Assembly (NCBI GenBank): GCA_002163085.1
Contig: MAAJ01000002.1
Span: forward strand, 22,367 to 86,366
Direction of reading: 5' to 3'
DNA from: Methylophaga sp. 42_25_T18
GTDB taxonomy: Bacteria; Pseudomonadota; Gammaproteobacteria; Nitrosococcales; Methylophagaceae
DNA: 64,000 nt
Of this stretch, positions 39,724-48,790 are shown piece by piece (the first letter of the stretch is position 1; every line of letters begins with the position of its first letter). Made by a program: the position numbers and the translations under genes. Under the pieces are notes generated by a model. It had not been told where the DNA came from. It saw only the letters and a list, made by a program, of their open reading frames with translations, and searched no databases.

Positions 39724-40949
39724 TGAAACGAGTAGTAGTGACGGGGATGGCGGGGTTTTCACCGATAGGAAATGATTGGTCGACCATTAATGAGAATCTA
39801 AAAATAATGCAGACGGGCATTGTCAGAATTGATGACTGGGATAAATATGATGGGCTAAATACACGTTTAGCTGCTCCCGTATCTGATTTCAAAGTGCCGG
39901 AACATTACACACGTAAAGTACTACGTGGAATGGGCCGAGTAGCACAGCTTGGAGTGAGGAGTACAGAGCTCGCTTTAGAAAATGCAGGCTTATTAGGCGA
40001 TGAGCTTGTAAGCAGTGGTCAAATGGGAATTGCCTATGGATCTTCTGCTGGTGATACGGCGGCCTTTGCTGGTTTTGCCCACATGATAGCAAACCATTCT
40101 TGCGATGGCTTAAATGCTAACTCGTATATAAAAATGATGGCGCATACATCACCGGTTAATATTGGTGTTCATTTTGGCTTGCAAGGAAGAGTTTATACCA
40201 CTTCAAGTGCATGCACCTCGGCAAGTCAAGGTATTGGTTTCGCCTATGAAGCGATTAAACACGGCCAGCAAATTGCAATGGTTGCTGGTGGTTGTGAATC
40301 CTTATGTGCAACAGCAGCAGCGGTATTTGATACCTTATATGCAACGAGTGTGCGAAATGATGAACCCCACCTTTCACCTAAGCCTTTTGATATAGATAGA
40401 GATGGCCTTGTTATTGGCGAGGGAAGTTGCACTTTTATTCTGGAAGAACTAGAGCACGCAGAAGCTCGAGGCGCAAAAATTTATGCCGAAATTGTAGGTT
40501 TTGGTACAAACTCAGATGGTAGTCATATTACGCAGCCAGTAGCTGAAACGATGGAAAAAGCAATGAGACTGTCTTTGGATGATGCGAAATTATCCCCGGA
40601 TACTATCGGCTATGTGAGTGCTCATGGTACCGCGACAGATCGAGGTGATGTGGCAGAGACAAATGCAACGTTTAATTTATTTGGTAATAAAACACCCATT
40701 AGTTCTTTCAAAAGTTTTACCGGCCACACGCTTGGTGCATGTGGTGCACTAGAAGCGTGGGTCGCGATTGAAATGATGACTCAGAATTGGTTCCATGCAA
40801 CAGCAAACCTTGATAAGGTTGATCCCGCTTGTGGTGATTTAGACTATATCATTCATGAGGGCCGTAATATTGAAACTGAATATGTCATGAGCAATAACTT
40901 TGCTTTTGGTGGCATAAATACCTCTTTAATTTTTAAACACTGGTCTTAG
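39723..40949 (+). CDS. apeR: Beta-ketoacyl-ACP synthase (FabB/F-like KS)
   Basis: 408 aa. SSACTSASQ, HGTATDRGD, GHTLGACG. Confidence 0.9.
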   Translation: MKRVVVTGMAGFSPIGNDWSTINENLKIMQTGIVRIDDWDKYDGLNTRLAAPVSDFKVPEHYTRKVLRGMGRVAQLGVRSTELALENAGLLGDELVSSGQMGIAYGSSAGDTAAFAGFAHMIANHSCDGLNANSYIKMMAHTSPVNIGVHFGLQGRVYTTSSACTSASQGIGFAYEAIKHGQQIAMVAGGCESLCATAAAVFDTLYATSVRNDEPHLSPKPFDIDRDGLVIGEGSCTFILEELEHAEARGAKIYAEIVGFGTNSDGSHITQPVAETMEKAMRLSLDDAKLSPDTIGYVSAHGTATDRGDVAETNATFNLFGNKTPISSFKSFTGHTLGACGALEAWVAIEMMTQNWFHATANLDKVDPACGDLDYIIHEGRNIETEYVMSNNFAFGGINTSLIFKHWS

Positions 40950-40973
40950 GCCACAGATAAAAGGAAGTATCTC

Positions 40974-41729
40974 TTGAAAAAAATGAAATATATTGGCGTT
41001 ATATCGGCTCTGTTTTTAGCCTCTTCTGCAATGGCATATACAACAGATGATGAGCGAATTGATGACTATTTAAATACATTAGCTACTGCTGGTGTTGATA
41101 CTAAAGTGACAATGCTTAATCGTATGCAGTGGGCAGGTATTACATCACCACGCTTCTACGATGAAGTTGAAAAACAATTGTTAGAGGTGTACTTAAATCG
41201 TAACTTAAGTCATATGCAGATAAAATTAGCGAGCTATCAAATACGCTCACTTGGTTATAGTGGCAACGAAAAATATCGAGCAACGTTAGATACGATCAAA
41301 AAGGATGCTTTTGCAGGAAAGTTTAAAGCTCATGCAACTAGAGCGTTACGAGACATTGGCAATTTCGCTGCATGGAACAGAGCAGTAGCAAATAGCTCGT
41401 TCGAGGTAAAAGGAAAATCGGCTGAAGTTACGACTTATATGAAAATGTTAAATGATGATGATGTGTTGGTGCAGCGTTTGGCCGCTCGTGCAATGTTTCA
41501 TGAAAAGCAAAGAGATGCTGACTTATTGGCATTAGCGGCTGATAAATTAACATTATTAACTAAGCAGCCGAATCTTAACAGTGATGAGCAAGATACGGCT
41601 GCATGGCTCTGTAAGGCGGTTGGGCAAAGTGGTGAAACTGTATATATAGATTTATTACGTCAAGTTATTGCTGGCACATCCTATGGCAAAATAAAAAGGC
41701 ATGCGTCGAAATTCACATCTCAATACTAA
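40974..41729 (+). CDS. Secreted alpha-helical repeat protein of unknown function
   Basis: Signal peptide (ISALFLASSAMA) followed by helical repeats. The TTG start has AAGGA 8 nt upstream. I recognise no family. Confidence 0.45.
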   Translation: MKKMKYIGVISALFLASSAMAYTTDDERIDDYLNTLATAGVDTKVTMLNRMQWAGITSPRFYDEVEKQLLEVYLNRNLSHMQIKLASYQIRSLGYSGNEKYRATLDTIKKDAFAGKFKAHATRALRDIGNFAAWNRAVANSSFEVKGKSAEVTTYMKMLNDDDVLVQRLAARAMFHEKQRDADLLALAADKLTLLTKQPNLNSDEQDTAAWLCKAVGQSGETVYIDLLRQVIAGTSYGKIKRHASKFTSQY

Positions 41730-41832
41730 GCTTGTAATAGCTAATTAAAACCGTATTAACGATTATTAAAGAGACAGCTGTCCATTTTTTTGGGGCCATT
41801 TGTGCCCCATGTTATGGCGACAGAGAAAATTT

Positions 41833-42552
41833 ATGGATAACAGTAAGAAATTAACAACACCTTGGGTAAAGGAGTCACTATTTGGGGTTTGGTTTTTGGG
41901 TACAGAAACATGGGTCCGAAGCGTCCTAACTCGAGCGATAAAAGATCTGATTAGATTGATGCCCACCAGACAAGATAGCTACTCTACGATTCTAGATATT
42001 GGCTTTGGTCATGGCCATTCTTTATGGCTGCTAGAAAAGTACTTTAAACCAAGTAAAATAATAGGTTTAGATGTTGACCCGAAAGCAGCAGCAAGAGCAA
42101 AACATAACATTAATAAATGTAACTGTGTTGTTGAACTGCAACAATCGGATGCAGCTACAATAGCATTGCCGGATGCATCGGTGGATATGGTGTTTTGTCA
42201 TCAGTCCTTCCACCATTTAATCAATCATGATCAAGCGATGGAAGAGTTTTTTCGTGTATTGAAGCCTGGAGGCATTTTGCTATTTGCAGAGTCATGTCGA
42301 CGATATATTCATTCTTATATGATTAGAATATTTTTCCGCCATCCTATGGATGTGCAGAAAACGGATCTTGAATACATCGATTTGATTGCTAAAACTGGGT
42401 TTATCGTCAAACCGGAATATGTATCGAGACCGTTTTTATGGTGGAGCCTACCTGATTTAGGATTGTTAAGTTATTTCGGTTTAAAAGCGAAAGAAATTGA
42501 AGGTGAACGTGAAGAAACAATGGTTAATTTAGTTGCTTATAAACCTGAGTGA
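41833..42552 (+). CDS. apeB: Class I SAM-dependent methyltransferase
   Basis: ILDIGFGHGH (motif I), LKPGGILLF (post-II). The symbol is assigned by analogy only. Confidence 0.65.
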   Translation: MDNSKKLTTPWVKESLFGVWFLGTETWVRSVLTRAIKDLIRLMPTRQDSYSTILDIGFGHGHSLWLLEKYFKPSKIIGLDVDPKAAARAKHNINKCNCVVELQQSDAATIALPDASVDMVFCHQSFHHLINHDQAMEEFFRVLKPGGILLFAESCRRYIHSYMIRIFFRHPMDVQKTDLEYIDLIAKTGFIVKPEYVSRPFLWWSLPDLGLLSYFGLKAKEIEGEREETMVNLVAYKPE

Positions 42553-42577
42553 AATATAACTAAAAGTATCGTTGTTT

Positions 42578-43303
42578 TCAGACAATAAACTCCTCTGACA
42601 GTGTTAACGTAAACATCTGTTCGTTACTTGAAGTGGGATAGTGATAGCACTTAATTATTTCCGGTTTATTTTTTACTACAAGTGAAAGCTGAAACTGTTG
42701 GTTTTTACCTTCATATAAAAACCACTGTTTTCTGTCACTTATTAATGTTGGAATGGAGATGTTTTTTAAAGACGTTTCTAATTGTTTTTTTCGAGAAATC
42801 GCTTTGTAATAAGCTTCTTTTGCACACCATAGTCGGTAGAAATTATTTGCTTGTTCATTTTTGTTGCGAGTAATGATTCTAAGCTCTTCATCATCCATTA
42901 CTAGCGGGCTTAAAGCTTCATAATTTCTATTAGCCAGTACATATTCAAGGTCTAAGCCAATAGAAGATGAAGATATTGCAAAACAGATAAGACCATTACT
43001 ATGACTTAGGCTGAGATATGTATCTTTTGGCAGATTGTTGACCATAGGTGGGCAGTTTGGTTTATCTATAAACTCCCATTCATCTTCAGGCGTTCCAAAC
43101 TGTCGGGTTAACGCATGTCTCATAAGCGCTCTACTGATGAGGAATTCACGTTTTTTATTATTACTTTTAGTTGCGTCTAGTCTTGTTTTCTCACTTGAAG
43201 ATAATAAGTTTTCAATCCTGCTTTCATGAGTCTTTGAAGTATTGCTTATATGGCAATACCAAATATCAATAGACAGAGGTGAATTCTGAGACTGTGATTT
43301 CAT
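42578..43303 (-). CDS. Sfp/EntD-type 4'-phosphopantetheinyl transferase
   Basis: 241 aa. LSLSHSNG, IGLDLE and WCAKEAYYKA motifs. Confidence 0.8.
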   Translation of the reverse strand: MKSQSQNSPLSIDIWYCHISNTSKTHESRIENLLSSSEKTRLDATKSNNKKREFLISRALMRHALTRQFGTPEDEWEFIDKPNCPPMVNNLPKDTYLSLSHSNGLICFAISSSSIGLDLEYVLANRNYEALSPLVMDDEELRIITRNKNEQANNFYRLWCAKEAYYKAISRKKQLETSLKNISIPTLISDRKQWFLYEGKNQQFQLSLVVKNKPEIIKCYHYPTSSNEQMFTLTLSEEFIV

Positions 43304-43368
43304 TTTTAACGGTAAAGTGAAGTTGATTACTCAATGAACACTTTCTTACCTAATGGGGTCAAGACGAC

Positions 43369-43818
43369 TTAAAACTTTTTCGCGAGTTTAGGCATGATCT
43401 GTAATGCCTGATCTTTACTCACAAGAAAGAAATCAGTTGAAGTCGTAAAGTAACTACTGGACACATAATATGTGTCAGGGCTTATAGAGTAATGTAAAAA
43501 ATAAGTTTTACCTGCTTTGAAGTTTCCTTCCACAAACCCGTCCCCCCCAATTTCGAGGGCTCTTCTTTCAGCTGCAATACGATGGTTGCCAGCAGGCAGT
43601 TTGTAGATGAGATAGGAATTGTTTGACAGGTTGCGAATTCTGCAATTATCAATAGCCATAGGTGTTGAATATAGCATTCCATAAGACGCGTCAGGCCTAT
43701 ATATGACCAAGGTGACAGCATCTGCACTTTCTTCATGAGGGACAGCACAATAAGGGCTAGTTGTTGCACAGCCTTGTAGAATGATGACTAAAGAGAGAAG
43801 TAATATCCGTATTTTCAA
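43369..43818 (-). CDS. DUF2846-like lipoprotein
   Basis: Lipobox ILQGCATT. 149 aa. Confidence 0.6.
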   Translation of the reverse strand: MKIRILLLSLVIILQGCATTSPYCAVPHEESADAVTLVIYRPDASYGMLYSTPMAIDNCRIRNLSNNSYLIYKLPAGNHRIAAERRALEIGGDGFVEGNFKAGKTYFLHYSISPDTYYVSSSYFTTSTDFFLVSKDQALQIMPKLAKKF

Positions 43819-43980
43819 TGCTACGATCCCTGTGTATAGGTTGCCTTAATAAATTTTTTCGAACTTAACTTATTATAACGGTGACGATACCATAGAAAAG
43901 TAAGAGATATCGTTAACCGTTCTCCTTGAAGGATATAATGAACAGAGGGAGCAAAGTGCTTCCCTATGTTTAAAGCGAAA

Positions 43981-44010
43981 AAAAGCCCCATCACAATAAA
44001 GTGATGAGGC
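43981..44010 (-). terminator. Terminator hairpin downstream of tRNA-Asn
   Basis: Minus-strand reading is GCCTCATCAC-tttattg-GTGATGGGGC followed by TTTT, with one mismatch in the stem. Confidence 0.5.
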
Positions 44011-44023
44011 TTTTTAGTATTCT

Positions 44024-44099
44024 TGGCTCCCCGAGCTGGACTCGAACCAGCGACCCATTGATTAACAGTCAATTGCTCTACCAACTGAGCTATCGGGGA
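44024..44099 (-). tRNA. tRNA-Asn (GUU)
   Basis: Reverse complement is TCCCCGATAGCTCAGTTGGTAGAGCAATTGACTGTTAATCAATGGGTCGCTGGTTCGAGTCCAGCTCGGGGAGCCA. It forms a cloverleaf with anticodon GTT and an encoded CCA. Confidence 0.95.
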
Positions 44100-44161
44100 A
44101 CAGAAAGATGGCTATAATAGTGATTTGACCTTGGTTGGTCAAGAAGAAATTGATATTTCTT

Positions 44162-45361
44162 TTATGCAATAAAGTCCTTGATTCTAACTAATGCATTTTG
44201 CAGGTTTTCTTCACTTGTCGCGATAGATAGGCGCATATGGTTTTTAAGGCCAAATGCAGTACCAGGTACAATTGCGACACCTTTATCGACTAATAACGCT
44301 TCAGCAAAATCAAGGTCATCACTCAGCTCAGGTTTACGATCTAACGCCTTGCTGATATTAGGGAAAACATAGAAGGTACCATCGGTGCTTAAGCAGTCGA
44401 TGCCTTCCATTTTATTCAGTTCTGCTACAACGTAGTCATGTCGTTTTTTGAACTCTGTCAACATGGTATCAATGCAGCTCTGATCACCGTTTAACGCTTC
44501 AAGTGCCGCAACTTGAGAAATCGATGTCGGGTTAGACGTGCTTTGCGATTGGATTTTTTTCATCGCACCGATCAGTTTTGCGGGACCAGCCGCATAACCA
44601 ATGCGCCAGCCAGTCATCGAGTAGGCTTTAGATACACCATTTAATACAATGGTTCGGTCATAAAGATCAGGGCAGGCCATGACGATGTTATAAAACTTTT
44701 CTTCTGCCCAGTAGATATGTTCATACATATCATCGGTGGCAATTAATACATCAGGGTATTTGCGTAATACGTCACCTAAGGCTGATAATTCAGCTTTGCT
44801 ATAAGCCATGCCGGTTGGGTTTGAAGGACTATTGATGACAAATAGACGCGTCTTATCAGTGATTGCTGCATCCAACTGTTCTGGCGTGATCTTAAAATCA
44901 TGTTCTTGGTTGCCTTCAATAATAACGGGCACACCATCAGCCAATAACACCATGTCTGGGTAAGACACCCAATAAGGCGCGGGAATAATCACTTCATCGC
45001 CAGTTTCTAAATAAGCTTGGCTAAGATTAAAAAAGCTTTGCTTGCCACCAACAGAAACCAGCACCTGATTAGCTTCATAATCAAGCCCATTATCACGCGA
45101 AAACTTGTCAATGACCGCTTGTTTTAAATCTGCCGTACCATCAACAGGCGTATATTTAGTGAAACCACTGTTAATGGCTTCAATCGCAGCTTGTTTGATG
45201 TGTTCTGGGGTATCGAAATCCGGCTCGCCTGCACCTAGACCAATGATGTCCTTACCCTCAGCTCTAAGCGCGCCTGCGCGAGCTGTGATGGCAAGTGTAG
45301 GGGAGGGTTTAATATTTTGAACGCGTTGTGCGAGTTTGATATCCAAAAAACTTTCCTTCAT
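44162..45361 (-). CDS. Class I pyridoxal-phosphate aminotransferase (aspartate aminotransferase type)
   Basis: About 399 aa. INSPSNPTG and the SKAYSMTGWRIGY PLP-Lys motif. ATG at 45361; an alternative TTG is at 45370. Confidence 0.85.
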   Translation of the reverse strand: MKESFLDIKLAQRVQNIKPSPTLAITARAGALRAEGKDIIGLGAGEPDFDTPEHIKQAAIEAINSGFTKYTPVDGTADLKQAVIDKFSRDNGLDYEANQVLVSVGGKQSFFNLSQAYLETGDEVIIPAPYWVSYPDMVLLADGVPVIIEGNQEHDFKITPEQLDAAITDKTRLFVINSPSNPTGMAYSKAELSALGDVLRKYPDVLIATDDMYEHIYWAEEKFYNIVMACPDLYDRTIVLNGVSKAYSMTGWRIGYAAGPAKLIGAMKKIQSQSTSNPTSISQVAALEALNGDQSCIDTMLTEFKKRHDYVVAELNKMEGIDCLSTDGTFYVFPNISKALDRKPELSDDLDFAEALLVDKGVAIVPGTAFGLKNHMRLSIATSEENLQNALVRIKDFIA

Positions 45362-45423
45362 GAAACACAAATAGGGTAATTAGTCGGGTAGTATACCCAA
45401 ACCTAAAACGATGCTGAATATGT

Positions 45424-47439
45424 ATGAGTAAACAATTTGAATTGGTGAGCGACTTTTCACCCGCCGGCGATCAGCCAACTGCAATTAAAGCGCTGATTGA
45501 AGGCTTAGAACATGGCGAAATGTGGCAAACCCTACTGGGGGTGACCGGTTCAGGTAAGACTTTTACCGTAGCCAATGTTGCGCAAGCGGTGCAACGTCCC
45601 ATGATGGTATTAGCACCCAATAAAACGCTGGCGGCTCAATTGTATAGCGAGATGAAAGAGTTCTTTCCCAACAATGCGGTGGAATACTTTGTGTCTTACT
45701 ACGACTATTATCAGCCTGAAGCTTATGTGCCGTCATCGGATACCTTTATAGATAAGGATTCATCGGTTAATGAACAGATAGAACAAATGCGTTTGTCGGC
45801 TACCAAGGCCATGTTGGAACGGCGTGATGCGATCATCGTTTCCAGTGTGTCGTGTATCTATGGTTTGGGTGATAAAGATTCATATTTAGAAATGGTGTTG
45901 CACTTGGTAAAAGGCGACATCATTAATCAACGCGATATTTTACGTCGCTTAGCCGAGCTGCAATATTCACGTAATGACATTGAATTATCTCGCGGTACCT
46001 ATCGTGTTCGCGGTGAAGTCATTGATATTTTCCCCGCTGAATCTGAACGTGATGCGGTTAGGGTTGAACTATTTGATGATGAGATTGAGCAGTTAAGTCA
46101 TTTTGACCCATTAACGGGCGAAATATTTCAGCGAGTGAATCGTTTAACCATTTATCCTAAAACGCATTATGTGACCCCGAGGGAAAATCTGCTGAGAGCC
46201 GTAGATGAGATCAAAGAAGAGTTACGGTTACGCTTAAAAGTATTAACCGATGAAGATAAGTTGGTGGAAGCACAGCGCTTAGAACAGCGTACTCGTTTTG
46301 ATATCGAAATGATCATGGAGTTGGGTTATTGCAGTGGCATCGAAAATTATTCTCGCCATTTATCGGGTCGTGAACAAGGCGCTGCACCGCCGACTCTCTT
46401 TGATTATCTGCCTGATGATGCTTTATTGATCATCGATGAAAGCCATGTGATGGTACCGCAGATTGGGGCGATGTATAAAGGTGATCGTTCACGTAAGGAA
46501 ACCTTAGTGAATTATGGTTTCAGATTGCCATCCGCCTTAGATAACCGTCCATTGAAATTTGAAGAATGGGAGCGATTAGCACCACAAACAATATTTGTAT
46601 CCGCCACACCGGCTAATTATGAGAAAGAACATTCAGGCGCGGTGGTCGAGCAGGTGGTGCGTCCGACCGGCTTGGTGGATCCCGAAGTTGAAATTCGACC
46701 TGTCGGTACTCAAGTCGATGACCTATTATCTGAAATTCATAAACGTGCGGCGGTGCATGAGCGGGTTCTAGTGACCACGCTAACCAAACGGATGTCAGAA
46801 GATTTAACCGATTACCTCAGTGAACATAATGTCAAAGTCCGTTATCTACATTCCGATATTGATACGGTCGAACGGGTAGAGATTTTGCGTGATCTTCGTT
46901 TGGGCGTATTTGACGTGCTTGTCGGCATCAACTTGCTTCGTGAGGGCTTAGATCTTCCTGAGGTATCACTTGTGGCTATTTTAGATGCCGATAAAGAGGG
47001 GTTCTTACGATCAGAGCGCTCATTGATTCAAACCATCGGCCGTGCCGCCCGAAACCTCAATGGCCGAGCCATTCTATATGCCGATAAAATAACGGGCTCA
47101 ATGCAGCGAGCCCTAGACGAAACCGACCGTCGTCGTGAAAAACAACTGGCACATAATAAAGAACATGGCATCACCCCACAGGGCATCAAAAAAGCCATTC
47201 GCATGGGCATGGATGATGGTGGATATGACAACAAGAAGAATAGAGAGCATATTGCCGAAGTCGCTGAAGAACAGGCTAAATACGCAGCACTCACACCCAA
47301 GCAACTCGCTAAACGTATCCAGCAAATGGAACAAGCGATGTATCGTCACGCTCAAAATCTGGAATTTGAAGAAGCCGGCAAAATGCGTGATGAAATCCAA
47401 CATCTGCGTGCCGTCGCATTAGGGCCAGAAGCAGGATAA
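45424..47439 (+). CDS. uvrB: Excinuclease ABC subunit B
   Basis: 671 aa. Walker A GVTGSGKT, helicase motifs, and a C-terminal UVR domain. Confidence 0.97.
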   Translation: MSKQFELVSDFSPAGDQPTAIKALIEGLEHGEMWQTLLGVTGSGKTFTVANVAQAVQRPMMVLAPNKTLAAQLYSEMKEFFPNNAVEYFVSYYDYYQPEAYVPSSDTFIDKDSSVNEQIEQMRLSATKAMLERRDAIIVSSVSCIYGLGDKDSYLEMVLHLVKGDIINQRDILRRLAELQYSRNDIELSRGTYRVRGEVIDIFPAESERDAVRVELFDDEIEQLSHFDPLTGEIFQRVNRLTIYPKTHYVTPRENLLRAVDEIKEELRLRLKVLTDEDKLVEAQRLEQRTRFDIEMIMELGYCSGIENYSRHLSGREQGAAPPTLFDYLPDDALLIIDESHVMVPQIGAMYKGDRSRKETLVNYGFRLPSALDNRPLKFEEWERLAPQTIFVSATPANYEKEHSGAVVEQVVRPTGLVDPEVEIRPVGTQVDDLLSEIHKRAAVHERVLVTTLTKRMSEDLTDYLSEHNVKVRYLHSDIDTVERVEILRDLRLGVFDVLVGINLLREGLDLPEVSLVAILDADKEGFLRSERSLIQTIGRAARNLNGRAILYADKITGSMQRALDETDRRREKQLAHNKEHGITPQGIKKAIRMGMDDGGYDNKKNREHIAEVAEEQAKYAALTPKQLAKRIQQMEQAMYRHAQNLEFEEAGKMRDEIQHLRAVALGPEAG

Positions 47440-47487
47440 TTGCTTGCGTTAAAAATATAGCGCTGTATAATTCCCTCGCTTAACGGC

Positions 47488-47564
47488 AGGCGCGTAGCTC
47501 AGTTGGTTAGAGCACTACCTTGACATGGTAGGGGTCGGTGGTTCGAATCCACTCGTGCCTACCA
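47488..47564 (+). tRNA. tRNA-Val (GAC)
   Basis: AGGCGCGTAGCTCAGTTGGTTAGAGCACTACCTTGACATGGTAGGGGTCGGTGGTTCGAATCCACTCGTGCCTACCA. Anticodon loop is CTTGACA. Confidence 0.95.
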
Positions 47565-47727
47565 AATTTTATTTGGTAGTAGGGTGGTGAAAACCACTTG
47601 TTCGACAAATTTGTCAGGGCAAGCAATATTCCTGACATTGCTTTTGCATACACTCCATCCATAGAGATAAACAATTTAGAATTGTGCGAAGCACAACCCG
47701 CAGGGTGAAGGGCCGAACGCTCTGAAT

Positions 47728-47746
47728 AATCCACTCGTGTCTATCA
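47728..47746 (+). repeat. Imperfect direct copy of the tRNA-Val 3' end (AATCCACTCGTGtCTAtCA)
   Basis: 17 of 19 nt are identical to 47546-47564, which lies about 180 nt upstream. Confidence 0.4.
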
Positions 47747-47956
47747 GTTAAAATCTATATATTAATGCCTTCTAATCGGTTAGCTCCTTGGAAATAATCA
47801 AACACTTCCTCTTGCATTGGATGGCTTATGTTATTAGTTGTCCCAACTGAAATCTGAAAGTAATTAGCATCTAAATTTAAATGCTATACATTTTGTGTTA
47901 ATGTTTTAGAGGGGCTATCTCAGTTTTTTTGGAGGATCGTAGTCAGATTTACTAAT

Positions 47957-48784
47957 ATGTTAAAACCGTTGGTATTTTTCTTATTTTCACTCAGTGCTGC
48001 ATTGTTCTCAAGTAAAATTCTACAGGCAGAGCAATTGATTTTTGGTGTTTATGCTAACGATAATCCTCGGCAGATTGTGGAACAACTTAGACCTACACTC
48101 AACGAGCTAGAAAAAAACCTTAGTATTATTGCTGGTCGTGATATCACTATCAAGATGGATGTTTCTAGCTCCTACCACGATGCCATCAACCAACTCGTCA
48201 GTGGCCGAGTCGATTTTTCCCGTTTTGGCGTTGCTTCTTATCTCATCGCCCAGCAAAAAAATATGAACTTACGCTTACTCGCGATAGAAAAAAAGAAAGA
48301 TCAAGAGTTTTTTTATGGCATCATTTGTGTCAATGCGAAAAGTGACATTCAAACTCTCGGTGAGCTGACCGGGCGCTCCTTTGCTTTTGGTGATATGTCT
48401 TCGACCATTGGTCGTTACATGGCTCAATCGACACTGTTGCAAGCGGGTGTTTATGGCAAAAACTTGAGTCATTACGACTATCTCAAACGCCATGATAAGG
48501 TAGGTATGGCTGTAGCTGATGGCACTTATGATGCGGGCGCAATAAAAGAAAGTACTTTTAAAAGTTTAGTTAAAAACGGGTACGCTCTGCGTTCAATTAA
48601 ACGTATGCAAGTACCAACAAAGCCTTGGATTGCCAGTGATAGATTAAGCCAAGAAAACTTTGACCTAGTGCAAAATGCTTTATTGGCTATTCTCAGCGGA
48701 CAACAATCATATTACTTGCCCAGCAACCCAGTCGAACATTTTAAATCCGTTACACGAGCAATTACGTTGAGCAAGGACTTTTAA
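47957..48784 (+). CDS. PhnD-like periplasmic substrate-binding protein
   Basis: Signal peptide. The type 2 PBP fold resembles the phosphonate/phosphite SBP family (FAFGDMSSTIG ... DAGAIKE). Confidence 0.65.
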   Translation: MLKPLVFFLFSLSAALFSSKILQAEQLIFGVYANDNPRQIVEQLRPTLNELEKNLSIIAGRDITIKMDVSSSYHDAINQLVSGRVDFSRFGVASYLIAQQKNMNLRLLAIEKKKDQEFFYGIICVNAKSDIQTLGELTGRSFAFGDMSSTIGRYMAQSTLLQAGVYGKNLSHYDYLKRHDKVGMAVADGTYDAGAIKESTFKSLVKNGYALRSIKRMQVPTKPWIASDRLSQENFDLVQNALLAILSGQQSYYLPSNPVEHFKSVTRAITLSKDF

Positions 48785-48790
48785 TTAATC

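Noticed and set aside
43821-44084. 87-aa track ORF overlapping tRNA-Asn, and likewise the 47507-47734 ORF overlapping tRNA-Val
   Set aside because: The reading frames run through tRNA genes and their terminators. These are artefacts of ORF calling.
27300-44100. Classical integrase-borne genomic island at tRNA-Asn
   Set aside because: There is no integrase, no transposase and no direct repeat of the tRNA-Asn 3' end near the left border, and composition looks similar to the flanks by eye. Only the weaker border argument is retained as a finding.
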